Assembly: GCF_030028105.1 (NCBI RefSeq)
Contig: NC_092379.1
Span: 19,073,309 to 19,137,308, forward strand
Direction: 5' to 3'
Source: Mobula birostris
Taxonomy: Eukaryota
Length of the DNA: 64,000 nt
Both the position numbers and the translations under genes were made by a program. Shown here one piece after another: positions 10,285-23,025 of this stretch. Position 1 is the first letter of the stretch, and each line of letters opens with the position of its first letter. The notes under the pieces are model-generated. The model saw only the letters and a program-made list of their open reading frames with translations, was not told the DNA's origin and ran no database searches.

Positions 10285-13200
10285 ACACCTCTGACAGCCT
10301 TCCACACTATCCACAACACCCCCAAACATTTTGTCATCAGCAAATTTACTAACCCATCCCTCTACTTCCTCATCTAGGTCATTTATAAAAATCACGAATA
10401 GTAGTCGTCCCAGAGCAGATCCCTGAGGCACACCACTAGTCACCGGCCTCCATGCAGAATATGACCCATCTACAACCACTCTTTGCCTTCTGTGGGCAAG
10501 CCAGTTCTGGATCCACAAAGCAACGTCCCCTTGGTTCCCATGCCTCCTTACTTTCTCAATAAGCCTTGCATGGGGTACCTTATCAAATGCCTTTCTAAAA
10601 TCCATATACACTACATCTACGGCTCTACCTTCATCAACGTGTTTAGTCACATCCTCAAAAAATTCAATCAGCTCGTAAGGCACAGCCTGCCCTTGACAAA
10701 GCCATGCTGACTATTCCTAATCATATTATACCTCTGCAATTGTTCATAAATCCTGCCTCTCAGGATCTTCTCCATCAACTTACCAACCTCTGAAGTAAGA
10801 CTCACTGGCCTATAATTTCCTGGGCTATCACTATTCCTTTTCTTGAATAAGGGAATAACATCCGCAACCCTCCAATCCTCCAGAACCTCTCCCATCCTCA
10901 TTGATGATGCAAAGATCTTTGCCAGGGTCTCAGCAATCTCCTCCCTCGCCTGGGGTACATCCTGTCCGGTCCCAGTGACTTATCCAACTTGATGTTTTCC
11001 AAAAGCTCCAGCACATCCTCTTCCTTAATATTTACATTCTCAAGCTTTTCAGTCCACTGCAAGTCATCCCTACAATCGCCAAGATCCTTTTCCGTAGTTA
11101 ATACTGAAGCAAAGTATACATTAAGTACCTCCGCTATTTCCTCTGGTTCCATACACACTTTTCCATTGTCACACTTGATTGGTCCTATTCTCTCACGTCT
11201 TATCCTCTTGCTCTTCACATACTTGTAGAATGCCTTGGGGTTTTCCTTAATCCTGTCCGCCAATGCCTTCTCATGGCCCCTTCTGGCTTTCCTAATTTCA
11301 TTCTTAAGCTCCTTCCTGCTAGCCTTATAATCTTCTAGATTCCTGTCATTACCTAGTTTTTTTTTTGAAACTCTCGTAAGCTCTTCTTTTCTTCTTGACT
11401 AGATTTACAACAGCTTTTGTATACCACGGATCTTGTACCCTACCATCTTTTCCATGTCTCATTGGAACGTACCAACTCAGAACCCCGCGCAAATATCCCC
11501 TGAACATTTGCCACCTTTCTTCCGTACGTTTCCCTGAGAATATCTGTTTCAAATTTATGCTTCCAAGTTCCTGCCTGATAGCCTCATATTTCCCCTTACT
11601 CCAATTAAACGCTTTCCTAACTTGTCTATTCCTATCCCTTTCTAATGCTATGGTAAAGGAGATAGAATTGTGATCACTATCTCCAAAATGCTCTCCCATT
11701 GAGAGACCTGATACTTGACCAGGTTCATTTCTCAATACCAGATCAAGTACAGTCTCTCCTCTTGTAGGCTTATCTACATATTGTGTCCAGAAACCATCCT
11801 AAACACACCTAACAAATTCTACCCCATCTAAGCCCCTTATTCTAGGGAGATGCCAATCAATATTTGGGAAATTAAAACCTCCCGCCACAACAACCCTATT
11901 ATCATTACTCCTTTCCAGAATCTGTCTCCCTATCCATTCCTTGATGTCCCTGTTACTATTGGGTGGTCTATAAAAAACACCCAGTAGTGTCATTGACCCC
12001 TTCCTCTTCCTAACTTCCACCCACAGAGACTCCGTAGACAACCTCTCCATGACTTCCTCCTTTTCTGCAGCCGTGACACTTCCTCTGATCAACAGTGCCA
12101 CACCCCCACCTCTTTTGTCTCCCTCCCTATCCTTTCTGAAACATCTAAAGCCTGACACTTACAGTAGCCATTCCTGCCCTGCACCATCCTAGTCTCTGTA
12201 ATGGCAACAACATCACAGCTCCAAGTGCTGATCCACGCTCTAAGCTCATCTGCATTATTCATGATACTCCTCGCATTAAAATAGACACATCTCAGAGCAT
12301 CAGACTGAGCACGTCCCTTCTCTATCACCCGCCTATCCTCCCTCTCGCATTGTCTCCAAGCTTTCTCTATTTGTGAGCCAACCTCCCTTTCCTCCGTCAC
12401 TTCAGTTCGGTTCCCACCCCTCAGCAATTCTAGTTTAAACTCTCCCCAACAGCCTTAGCAAACCTTTCTGCCAGGATATTCATCCCCCTTGGATTCAAGT
12501 GAAACCTATCCTTTTTGTGCAGTCACAGAAGAAGAGATCCCAATGATCCAGATATCTGAATCCCTCCCCGCTGCTCCAATCCCTCAGCCATGCATTTATC
12601 TTCCACCTCATTCTATTCCCATACTCACTGTCACGTGGCACAGGCCGTAATCCCGAGAACACTACCTTTGAGGTCCTGCTTCTCAACTTCTTTCCGAACT
12701 CCCTGTAGTCTGTTTTCAGGACCTCCTCCCTTTTCCCACCTATGTCGTTGGTACCAATATTTACCACAACCTCTGGCTGTTCTCCTTCCCGCTTCAAGAT
12801 ATCTTTGTCAAGGGCAGGTCATGCCTTACGAGCCTGATTGAATTTTTTGAGGATGTGACTAAATATTTTGATGAAGGAAGAGCAGTAGATGTAGTGTATA
12901 TAGATTTCAGCAAGGCATTTGATAAGATACCCCATACTTAATGAGAAAGTAAGAAGGCATGGGATCCAAGGGGACATTGCTTTGTGGATCCAGAACTGGC
13001 TTGCCCACAGAAAGCAAAGCGTGGTTGTAGACGGGTCATATTCTGCATGGAGGTCGGTGACCAGTGGTGTGCCTCAGGGATGCGTATGGGGACCCCTAGT
13101 CTTCGTGATTTTTATAAATGACCTGGGTGAAGTAGTAGAGGGATGGTTTAGTAAGTTTGCTGATGACACAAAGGTTGGAGGTGTTGTGGATAGTCTGGAG

Positions 13201-14730
13201 GGCTGTCAGAGGTTACAGCGGGACATTGATAGGATGCAAAACTGGGCTGAGAAGTGGCAGATGGAGTTCAACCCAGATAAGTGTGAAGTGGTTCATTTTG
13301 GTAGGTCAAATATGATGGGAGAATATAATATTAATGGTAAGACTCTTGGCAGTGTGGAGGATCTGAGGGATCTTGGGGTCCAAGTTCATAGGACACTCAA
13401 ACAGCTGTGCAGGTTGACTCTGTGGTTAAGAAAGCATATGGTGCGTTGGCCTTCATCAATCATGGAATTGAGTTTAGGAGCCGAGAGGTAATGTTGCACC
13501 TATATAGGACCCAGGTCAGACCCCACTTGGAGTACTGTGCTCAGTTCTGGTCGCCTCACTACAGGAAGGATGTGGAAACCATAGAAAGGGTGCAGAGGAG
13601 ATTTACAAGGATGTCGCCTGGATTGGGGAGCATGCCTAATGAGACAGATTGAGTGAACACGGCCTTTTCTCCTTGGAGCGATGGAGGATGAGGGGTAACC
13701 TGATAGAGGTGTATAAGATGATGAGAGGCATTGATCGTGTGGATAGTCAGAGGCTTTTTCCCGGGGTTGAAATGGCTGCCGCAAGAGGGCACAGGTTTAA
13801 GGTGCTTGGGAGTAGGTACAGAGGAGATGCCAGGGGTATTTTTTTTATATAAACGCAGAGAGTGGTGAGTGCATGGAATGGGCTGCCGGCAACGGTGGTG
13901 GAGGCAGATACGATAGGGTCTTTTAAGAAACTTTTGGATAGGTACATGGAGCTTAGAAAAATACAGGGCTATGGGTAACCCTAGTAATTTCTAAGGTCGG
14001 GACATGTTCGGCACAACTTTGTGGGCCAAAGGGCCTGTATTGTGCTGTAGGTTTTCTCTGTTTCTATGCTTCTATATCATGGTCTCCATCAGAAACATTC
14101 TGGACCCTGGCACATGGGAGGCAAGCTACCATCTGTGTTTCTTTCCTATGACCACAGAATCACCTGTCTGACCCCTAACTAGAGTCCCCTGTCGCTGCTG
14201 CCATCCTCTTCCTTTCCTTACCCTTCTGAGCCACAGGGCCAGACTCTGTACCAGAGGCGCGACCACTGCTGCTTCCCCCAGGTAGGCTGTCCCCCGCAAC
14301 AGTACTCAAGCAGGAATACTTACTGTTAAGGGGGACAGCCACTGAGGTACTCTCTAGTACCTGCTTTTTGCCCTTCCCTCTCCTGACTATTACCCACTTC
14401 TCTGTCTCCTGTGGTCCCGGGTTGACTACCTGCCTATATCTCCTCTCTATCACCTCCTCACTCTCCCTGACCAGATGAAGGTAATCGAGCTGCAGCTCCA
14501 GTTCCCTAATGCGGTCTCTAAGGTGCTGCAGCCTGACGCACCTGGTGCAGATGTGGTCGTCTGGGAGGCTGAGAGTCTCCAGGGCCTCCCACATCAGACA
14601 CCAAGCACAGAAAACCCGCCTCACACACATACTCTGTCTTTATTTTAAACAGATAGCCTACCTGGTCTCCACCCTTTATCACCAAAGCCTCATTGAGCCA
14701 AAGCCTTCCTACTCTGTCTCCCACTACTCT
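10285..14730 (-). mobile_element. Near full-length degenerate CR1 (ORF1 zinc finger, coiled coil and SGNH esterase; ORF2 APE and RT), cut by the ERV and interrupted at 12806-14175
   Basis: ORF1 CAWC..CTRC and LELQLD (14175-14630); esterase VVVNIGTNDIG (12495-12797); endonuclease CVYFNARS / GVFYRPP / GGFNFP; the RT reading runs directly into the LTR. Confidence 0.9.
12806..14077 (+). mobile_element. 5'-truncated CR1 inserted in ORF1 of the minus-strand CR1
   Basis: RT motifs in ORFs 12919-13491 and 13407-13652; tail tttctctgtttctatgcttctat at about 14052-14075. Confidence 0.9.
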
Positions 14731-14744
14731 GTCCCTCGCACCTC

Positions 14745-14945
14745 TTCAGGCAGCACAGTGGCATTTCCTAGAGTGCAGCGATATCAAACATACAAAGGCC
14801 ACTCCCACCACAGGGTCTTTGCCAAAAGAAGAGACGGAAACAATCAGAATAAAGGGCAGGCAGACACAGTGAACCACCCTGTGCCTGTCCCGACCCTGTT
14901 CCTGCCACCATTGGTTAAAAGGCTTGACAGTCCTCCAATGAGACA
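14745..14945. promoter_or_regulatory. Promoter-like module copy 1 (decayed SBS, ATTGG and CCAAT)
   Basis: ATTGG 14910, CCAAT 14935; paralogs at 24205-24395 and 58198-58380. Confidence 0.35.
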
Positions 14946-16205
14946 TGAACCTTCTCGAATTCAGCACTCCCCTCACCTCCTTGAAGCTTACCTTCTCTGA
15001 ACACACTGCCCTCCACTCTCTCCAACCAATCCCAAACTTACCATCAAAGCTGTAGACAAAGGGGGTGCTGTTGTAGTGTGGTGGACTGACCTCTACCTTG
15101 CTGAGGCCAGGCAGCAATTCTCAGACACCTCCTCATACTTACCCCTTGAACCACTCCAAACCATCAGAAAACTGTCTCCAACAGCATGACTGACCTCCAT
15201 GACTGACCTCATCAATTCTGGAGATCTCCTATCCACTGCCTCCAAACTGATCGCTCCATAACCCCACACTGCTCGCTTCCACCTCCCACCCGAGATCCAC
15301 AAACATGACTGTCCGGGCAGGCCTTTTGACTCTGCCTGCTACCATCCCACTGAAATCGTGTCCTCATATCTTTGCTCTGTTCTATCGCCCTGTTTCAGTC
15401 CCTTCCCACCTCCACCTGCTACACTTCTCATGCTCTCAATCTCCTCACTAACTTTTAATTCTCTGGCCCTGACTACCTCATTTTCCCCATAGATGTTCAG
15501 CCCCTACATCTCCCATCAAGAAGGCCTTAAATCTCTCCATTTCTTTCTCAATAAAAGAACCAACCAGTTCCCCTCCATCAGAACCCTCCTCTATCTGGCA
15601 GAACTGGTCCTCACTCTCATCGAATTTTTCTTTGGCACTTCCCAGTTTCTCCATACTCCAGTGGTAGCAATGGGCACCCTCATGGGCCCCAGCTATGCCT
15701 GCATCTTCATTGGCTGTGTAGAATAGTCCATGTTCCAAGCATTCCCATGTGATGCTCCACATCTTCCTCTGCTACATTGACAACTGCATTGGTGCTGCTC
15801 ATGCACTCATGCTGAGCTCAACAATTTCATCAAGTTTACCTTTAACTTCCACCCTGCCCTTAAAATCACTTGGTCTATTTCTGACAACTCCCTTCGCTTT
15901 TTTTGATCTCTCTGTCTCCATCTCTGGAGACAAACTGTCAACGAACTTCTCTTATAAACCTATCAATTCCCACAGTTGTCTTAACTATACCTCTTCCCAC
16001 ACTGTCTCCTGTATAAATGTTATTTCCTTTTCTCATTTCCTTCATCTCCACCGCATCTGTTCTCAAGATGTGGCTTTCCTTTCTAGGGCATCAGAAATGT
16101 GTCCTTCTTCAAAGAATAGGGTTTCCCTTCCTCCACCATTGACGCTGCCCTCACCTGCATCTCTTCCATTTCCCAAACATCTGAGCACACCCCATCTTCT
16201 CGCTG
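14945..16205 (+). mobile_element. Penelope-like element, RT fragment
   Basis: TIKAVDKGGAVVVW; GVAMGT.MGPSYAC.F.G; FL.YID.CIG. Confidence 0.85.
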
Positions 16206-16699
16206 CCTTACCAGTGATAGACATTAAACCTGATTCGGGTTCTGATTTTTCTGGTATGGAAACTGCACTGCAGCAGAAAGGAACATTTACAACAGGTAGT
16301 CAAAATTGCCCAGTGGATCAGCCTAAGCACCATCGAAGAGGCTACACAGCATACATGCCAGGAACACCAGGCTCTTAAACAGTTACTGTCCCAAGCAGTA
16401 AATCTGATCAACACCTCCACCCACTAACTCCACCACTACTTTATTATTTCCGCTCAGTCTGAATGTAGGAGAACTTGGGGAAATTTGGTAAAATCATGAG
16501 GACAGAACTGTGATGAATTCACTCAGTCTTTTACCTAAGATTAATGAATTGAGAACTAGAGGGCTTAGGTTAGAGGGACAACACCTTATATTCCGTTTCG
16601 GTAACCACCAAACTGATGGCATGAACATCAATTTCTCAAACTTCCAGTATGCCAATGATCAGCCCTTCTCCTTCTCAGGAGCCTTTGAGCCCATGCAAA

Positions 16700-16810
16700 T
16701 CAGCTGCACAAGACTCCGTCGTTGAGAGGAAACAGAGGAGAGGATTGAGGCTGCTTTTACTGCAGGAAGCAGGTCACCTGCAGGCTGAATGTCCGAAGCT
16801 GCAGCCATCA
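16700..16810 (+). mobile_element. Isolated LTR-retroelement gag zinc-knuckle fragment
   Basis: 16752-16792 reads C-F-Y-C-R-K-(1-nt deletion)-G-H-L-Q-A-E-C, i.e. CX2CX4HX4C. Confidence 0.6.
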
Positions 16811-17039
16811 GGAGAACTGCTCAGAATGTCCGGTGTCGAGAGGACTGTGATGATAGCAGTCACTATTCCAACCCCAATGATTCTGGTGTCATGCTGAAGG
16901 CGCAGATCTGTTGGGGTAAGAACCTAGAGGGAAAAGGGGATGGGGAATGGTGGAGGGGGGCATTACCAAAAGTTCAAGAAATCTGTGCTAACAGGTTGGG
17001 GGCTACCCAGATGGAATATAAGGTGTTACTCCTCTGACA

Positions 17040-17622
17040 TCAGTGTCGTACTGTCATGATGAGGCCATGCATTGACATGTCAGAATGGGAAAGGGAAGAG
17101 CACCTCCACTCCGTCCGCCACCTAGACAGGATCTCCCGGTAGCCACCCATTTCAACTCTGCTTCACATTCCCATTCAGATATGTCCATACATGGTCTCCT
17201 CTACTGCCATGATGAGGCTAAACTCAGGTTGGAGGAGCAACACCTCAGATACCGTCTAGGTAGTCTCCAGCCCCTAGGTATGAACATAGAATTCTCCAAC
17301 TTCCGGTAATTCCCTCCCTCTCCCTTCCTCTATCCCTATTTCGTATCACCTCCCTCATAGTTCCGCCTCCTTCTACTATTGTTCTCCTGCCAATCACCTC
17401 CCTGCTTCCCTTCCCCCACCCCTTTGTCTTAAAAATTACTTTTTTTTTCAACTACCAGCATTCTTCAAACCCTCCCCAAAGTTCTTCCTTCAGTCCTGAC
17501 GAAGGGGTTCGGCCCAAAACATCGACTAACCTTTTCAACTGATGCTGACTGACTGACCTGCTGAGTTCCTCCAGCGCATTGTGAGTGTTCCTTTGACAAC
17601 AGCATCTGCAGATTATTTTGTG
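17040..17622 (+). mobile_element. Penelope 3' end (GIY-YIG C-terminus and pLTR with hammerhead-like core)
   Basis: LPVATHFNSASHSHSDMSIHGLL...RLEEQHL..RLGSLQP.GMNIEFSNF; cagtc-ctgacga..ggccc-aaaa-catc-gac at 17491-17527. Confidence 0.85.
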
Positions 17623-17624
17623 TG

Positions 17625-20520
17625 AACATTAAGGGTATTGGAATGATAGGAGGTGATAGCAGCTGGACAATTGCTTAATCACTGATAGAATAGGTGGAAG
17701 AAAGTCAATTTGCCTCCTAAATCTATGGTGGTTGTATTCAAGAGCAAACTACCATTTCTTCCTCTTGTCTCTCTCCTTATTCTGCAGTTTGTCTTCCTTT
17801 CAATATTCCATTTCCCTTTTGAATGTCGCAATTGGATCAGCTTCCCTTACCAGGCACACCAGTGATTTCGAGACACAAGCCTATCTCTGCATAAATCATT
17901 CTTTCCTGGTGTGACCTTCTGTGAAACCCACTAATTCTATATCCTCTACATTCACCAATATCCGGGATGCTTGAGGTCTCCCAGAATTCTCACAGTGGGA
18001 TCTGATTGGGCCACTGGAAAAAGTCAAAAGCATGTGAATGCTCCTTTTTAATTCTCTTGCCCCAAACAATCTGTAGCCTCCTCTCTTGATTTGATTGGGC
18101 CACCAGAAAAAGTCAGAAGCCTGCAAATGCTTTATTATAAATCTCTCACCCTGACCTATGTGTAAACTTTTCTCTCAATTCAATTGGGTGATCAGAAAAA
18201 TTTCAGTAGAACTCCCACCACTCACATCCCCCTTTACACAAGTGACACAGCAGTGGAAACTGCAAACAGCACATCACACACAACCTGTCATGGTCCACAA
18301 AACTCTTGCTACACGGTAGAGATAGCACACCAATGCTAATTTCTGAGGAGGCTGAAGAGAGCTGGACTTTGCAAATCCACACCCACATCATTGTACAGAT
18401 GTGCAGTAGAGAGCATCCTAACAAGCTGCATCACTGCTTGACGATGCAAAGCAAATTTCACAACATCAGCCAGTGACATTAAGCCTGAGTCTGATTCTGA
18501 TTTTTCTGGTACGCCAACTGCACTGCAGCGGAGAGGACGGTTCCACAGCAGGTAGTCAAAACTGTCCATTGCATCAGCCTATTCACCATCAAGAAGGCTA
18601 CACAGCATCCATGCCAGGAACACGGGACTCAAAACCAGTTACTTTCCCCAAGCGGTAAGGTTGATCAACACCCCCACCCAATAACTCCACCACTACTTTA
18701 TTATTTCCTCTCAGTTATCTTATGTACAGCCTCACATCACTTTATGGAAAATAAATCAATCTACCTATGAATATAAGCTATTTATGTATTTATATTTGTG
18801 TTTTTTTATTATTATTGTGTTCTTTATCTTATTGCATTTTTGTGTTATTGTCCAGAGTAACAAATATTTTGTTCTCATTCATACTTGTGTTCAGGAAATC
18901 ACATTAAACAATCTTGAATCTTGGAGCCTTTGTGATTAGAAATACCTTCACAGATGTTCTCTTCACTTCCTCCTTTCCAAACAAAATAATTCCAGCTGCT
19001 CCGTTGTTTAACCCAGGGGTCCCCAACCTTTTTTGCACTGCGGACCGGTTTAATATTGACAATTTTCTTGCGGACCGGCCGACCCCGGGGGCGGGGGGGG
19101 GGGGGTAGGGTTGTCAACGGAGAGGAGTAGCAGTCAAATACATTGTGTTTACCCCTAAAAGACTACAATGACCATGAAGCCTTGCGCGAGTACCAGTGCG
19201 CATGCGTATACGTACCGATTTTTTTCTACAAATTGTTTTTCGGCGATTCTGTTTGGGGGGGGGGTGTTAATCACGACTGGAATATAGGTGATAAGTGGCT
19301 AATACACTCAATTTCATTTCTAAGAGGGTTTATCTAATGAATCTAATATTAAACACAGCGCATATTTTGCTCGCATGAATATAGTGATAAGTCAATTATC
19401 AGGGGAAGACAGGGGAGCTTGAAGTAAGTGTTGAACGGACTTCCAGTAGAAGTAGTAGAGGCAGGTTCAATATTATAATCTAAAGAAAAATTGGATAGGT
19501 ATATGGACAGAAAAGGAATGGAGGGTTATGGGCTGAGTGCAGGTCAGTGGGACTGGGTGAGAGTAGCATTCAGCATGGACTAGAAGGGCAGAGAAGGCCT
19601 GTTTCTGTGCTGTAATTGTTATATGGTTATAGAAGTCACTTATAAGCTAATAGCATCATAACATTTTAAGTAACGTTTGGATATCAAACACACAGCACAT
19701 ATTTTCCCCGTATGAACATATAAAATCATTGAAACACACCAATATCATGAATCAGTGGGAGCCCTGGGCTTCTTTCCCTGCTTCAAGACGGTCCCATCGA
19801 GGGGTGATGGGAGACAGCGATACTCGAAGGGGGTTCCTTATGTCCAGTCTATTCCGCAATTTAGTTTTCGTTGCATTTATTGCAGAGATATGTTGGAAAT
19901 GGAAGCAACGTTTTCAGTGCTTTCGTGGCTATCTCAGGATATTCAGCCTTGACTTTGATCCAGAATGCCGGCAGAGATGTTATGTCAAACATACTTTTCA
20001 GCCCGCCGTCATTTGCAAGCTCGACGAGCTGATCTTTTTCCCACGCTGACATGGATGACACGCGAGTATTGACCTCGCGTGCGTAATGGCTCAACAGTGG
20101 GCGTGACAGGGAATGAGGAAAGGTGCAGCTGACTCATATCACCAAATCATGTCGTTTCCTCGCGGCCTGGTACTGGTCTGCAGCCCAGTGGTTGGGGACT
20201 GCTGGTCTAACCGATGTCCATTATTCATGGAATCATCCGAATATTCTCTTAGGGCAACTCATCACTCCTCTGATGCTGTGTCCTAAATTATGGATAATAT
20301 ATACATTGGAATAATATAAACAGATATAAAACTGATTCTTCTTTCGGCAGAATCAGTTTTACACATATATAGACATCATTGTTTCCTTCCCTTCCTGATT
20401 ATTTGGGCTGTAAAAGGATTACTAGCGAATGAGATGATGTCATCAGCAGGTTACCTGTACATTTTGGCTGTTCTTGCTGTGGAGATGGTGTGAATACTAT
20501 ATACTGTATGAGTATAATTC
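17625..20520. repeat. Segmental duplication block B (direct paralog of 3450-5400)
   Basis: Continuous co-linear similarity to block A, apart from the hAT insertion and the block A tandem duplication. Confidence 0.88.
19014..20204 (-). mobile_element. Non-autonomous hAT (Charlie-like) DNA transposon, 1191 bp
   Basis: TIRs CAGGGGTCCCCAACC / GGTTGGGGACTGCTG; 8-bp TSD gtttaacc (19006-19013) / gtctaacc (20205-20212); hAT dimerisation-domain fragment FWIKVKAEYPEIATKALKTLLPFPTYLC; empty site at 5146-5153. Confidence 0.9.
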
Positions 20521-20659
20521 TCAATGCCACAGAACAACACACTACAATGACAGAAGCAGAATAAAGAAGAGAACGGTATGAGAACGTGGCAGCACCACCA
20601 GGAAGAAGATGTGAAAGAATTGATCAGCTCAGAAGACTAATATCAAGGGGAAAAGATGT

Positions 20660-21110
20660 TCTTCAGTCTGGACATTTGGGTTTTCCAGCTTCTTGACATT
20701 CTCCAGAAGGTAGCAGACTGAAAAGGGAATGGTCAGCATGGTATGCATCCTTGACAATACCACAAGTCTTCCTGAGACAATGCACCATGAAGACTGACTG
20801 GATGAGAGGAATTAACAAGCCTCTGATGGACTGGGCTGTGTTTAGCACTCTCTTCAGGTTCAGACAGTCAAGAGCAGAGCAGTTGCTGTCCAGGGGTGTA
20901 TTGCAACCTGTCCAAGTGCTTTCTATGCAAGTCTATAGAAATTTGAGAGATTCCTGGCAGACATACTAAACCTCAGAGATTTAACAAAAGGAATATGCTA
21001 ATGATCTTTCTTGATCACAACATCAGTGTGAAGGGACCTGGTGAGGTTGCTGGTGATATGAGTGCCAAAGAACTTGAAGCTGTTGAATATTTTTACAGCA
21101 GCTCCTTCGA
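20660..21110 (-). mobile_element. Old Rex1/Babar-like LINE 3' fragment
   Basis: LNTAQSI.G..P.I..V...CLRK...I.KD.YH.DHSLFSLLPSG. Confidence 0.65.
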
Positions 21111-21119
21111 TGAGTTGGT

Positions 21120-22135
21120 GCTGTAACTGGCCACAGAGTTACGGGTCTACAGGGAGTAGATCCATGACAAATGGTGTACCTCAGGGGTCAGTGCTGGGTC
21201 ACTTGCTGTTTGTCATCCACATCAAAGATTTGGATGAGAATGTACAAGGCATCGTTAGTAAGCTTATAGATGACCTTAAAGTAAGTAGTAAAGTGAACTG
21301 TGAAGAAGATGATCAAAACTTACAGGAGTATGTTGATTAGCTGAGCAAATAGGCAGAGCTAGGTTTTAATTCAGATAAATGCGAGGTGTTGCATTTTGGA
21401 AAGTCAAACTAATGTAGGACATTCAGGGTAAATGACGGGGCATTGGGTAGTGTTGAGGAACAGAGGGACCTTGGAGTTTAAGCACATGGTTCACTGAGAG
21501 TGAGTGTTAGATAGGACAGTGAGGAATGGTTTTGGCATACTGGTCTTATTTACACAGAACATTCATTCTGAATGTTGGGTGGTCATGGAGCAGTTGTACG
21601 AGGCACCGGTGAGGCTGCACTTGCAGTATTATGTTCATTTTATTCACCAAGCTGCAAGAAAGATATCATTATACTGGAAAGAATGCAGAAAAGGTTTACA
21701 AGGATGCTGCCAAGACTCTAGGGACTGAGTTAAAGGGAGAGGTTGGACAGGCAAAGCTTTATTCCTTGGAGTGTAGGAAAACAAGGGGAGATTTGATAAA
21801 ATCCCAAGAACACAGCTGTGACAAATCTTCTCAGTCTTTTACTGAAGATTGTGAATCAAGAACTAGACGGCTTAGGTTTCAACTGAGAGGGGCAAAATTT
21901 ATAGAAATGTAAAGGATTTTTTATACAGAAATGGTGGAAAATACGTGGAATATGCTACCAGAGGAAGTGGTTGCGTTGAGTTAATAACAGCTTTTATAAG
22001 GCACTTGGACAGATACATGGAGAGGAACATTTTGGAAGGTTATGGGCCAAATGAGACTCGTCTGGATTGGCATCTTGGTCAGCATTGGCGACTTATGCTA
22101 AAGGTATGTTTCCATGCCGTAGGACTCTATTAATC
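21120..22135 (+). mobile_element. Old degenerate CR1 3' fragment
   Basis: [14 protein letters not shown]; many stops and frameshifts. Confidence 0.8.
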
Positions 22136-23025
22136 TACACTCAGGGCTATCTACAGTAGTCAATTAACCCAACAACAAGCATGTCTTTGGTGTGTGGGAG
22201 GAAAACCTGTTGCAATGTGACATATTCATCTGAAGAGCTCCTGTAGCCTCAGGAACTCCTGGCACAATGGACTCCTCCTGCGCACTGTTTCACCAGAACT
22301 GTCCAGCAACTCGTCTGTCTGTCTGTAACACTGACACCCAGTGGCTTGAGGTTGCTATTGCAGCAGCCAGTTTGACTGAAGCCTCAATACCTTCTTTCAA
22401 AGGTGCTCCTTTGACCTCCAGTAGTTACAGGTTGTCATTGCAAGGTACCAAGTGCTTTCCATCAAGTCAACTTCAATCCAGACACAAGAGACTGCAGATG
22501 CTGGAATCCAGACAAACACACAATCTGCTGGAGAAACACAGCGATTTCAGCAGCATTGATGGCTGGAAAGAAACTGTTGAACCCCTGCATCAGGTCAGTT
22601 CAAATTAGCACCAGGGTTACCACAGACAGAATGTAATAATCACTGAAGCAAAATAAACCTGCTCAGGTTACATTGCAGAGAAAAAATACTCTTGAAAACA
22701 CCGGACAGACAATATCCATGGTGCATCAGTGGTGGAGGGAATGAAATGGAATGTAGCTGGGCAGACCTTATACATCACCAAGTGTGCCAACTCATGAGAT
22801 GCCAATGATCATGTCGACACAGCCGTAAAATAGCAAAAACAGCAAAAATAAGCTAAAGATTGGTCTGATGAAAAACAGTTCAGATCAAAACCATATTGAA
22901 GCTACTGTCTAAAAGCACAGGGTTCCAGCTGGCTGCCTTCATTCAAATGTTTATCATTGAGGTCTATCCATGGACACAAATGAGCCTCTGTAATCCTTAA
23001 TGAAGAACAGGGGCTAATTCAAAAG
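22130..23025. repeat. Inverted duplicate of about 28010-28900
   Basis: e.g. 22481 acaagagactgcagatgctggaatcc = revcomp near 28530-28555; 22890 ccatattgaagctactgt = revcomp near 28130-28150. Confidence 0.85.
22212..22470 (+). repeat. Unassigned ~250-bp segment X, copy 1 of 6
   Basis: tgacatattcatctgaag..ctggcaca(a)tgga.tcctcctgtgcactgtttcacc..actgaagcctcaata..cctctgaccccc.gtg; other copies at 23550-23790(+), 28565-28825(-), 33330-33540(-), 38555-38770(-), 39300-39720(-). Confidence 0.85.
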
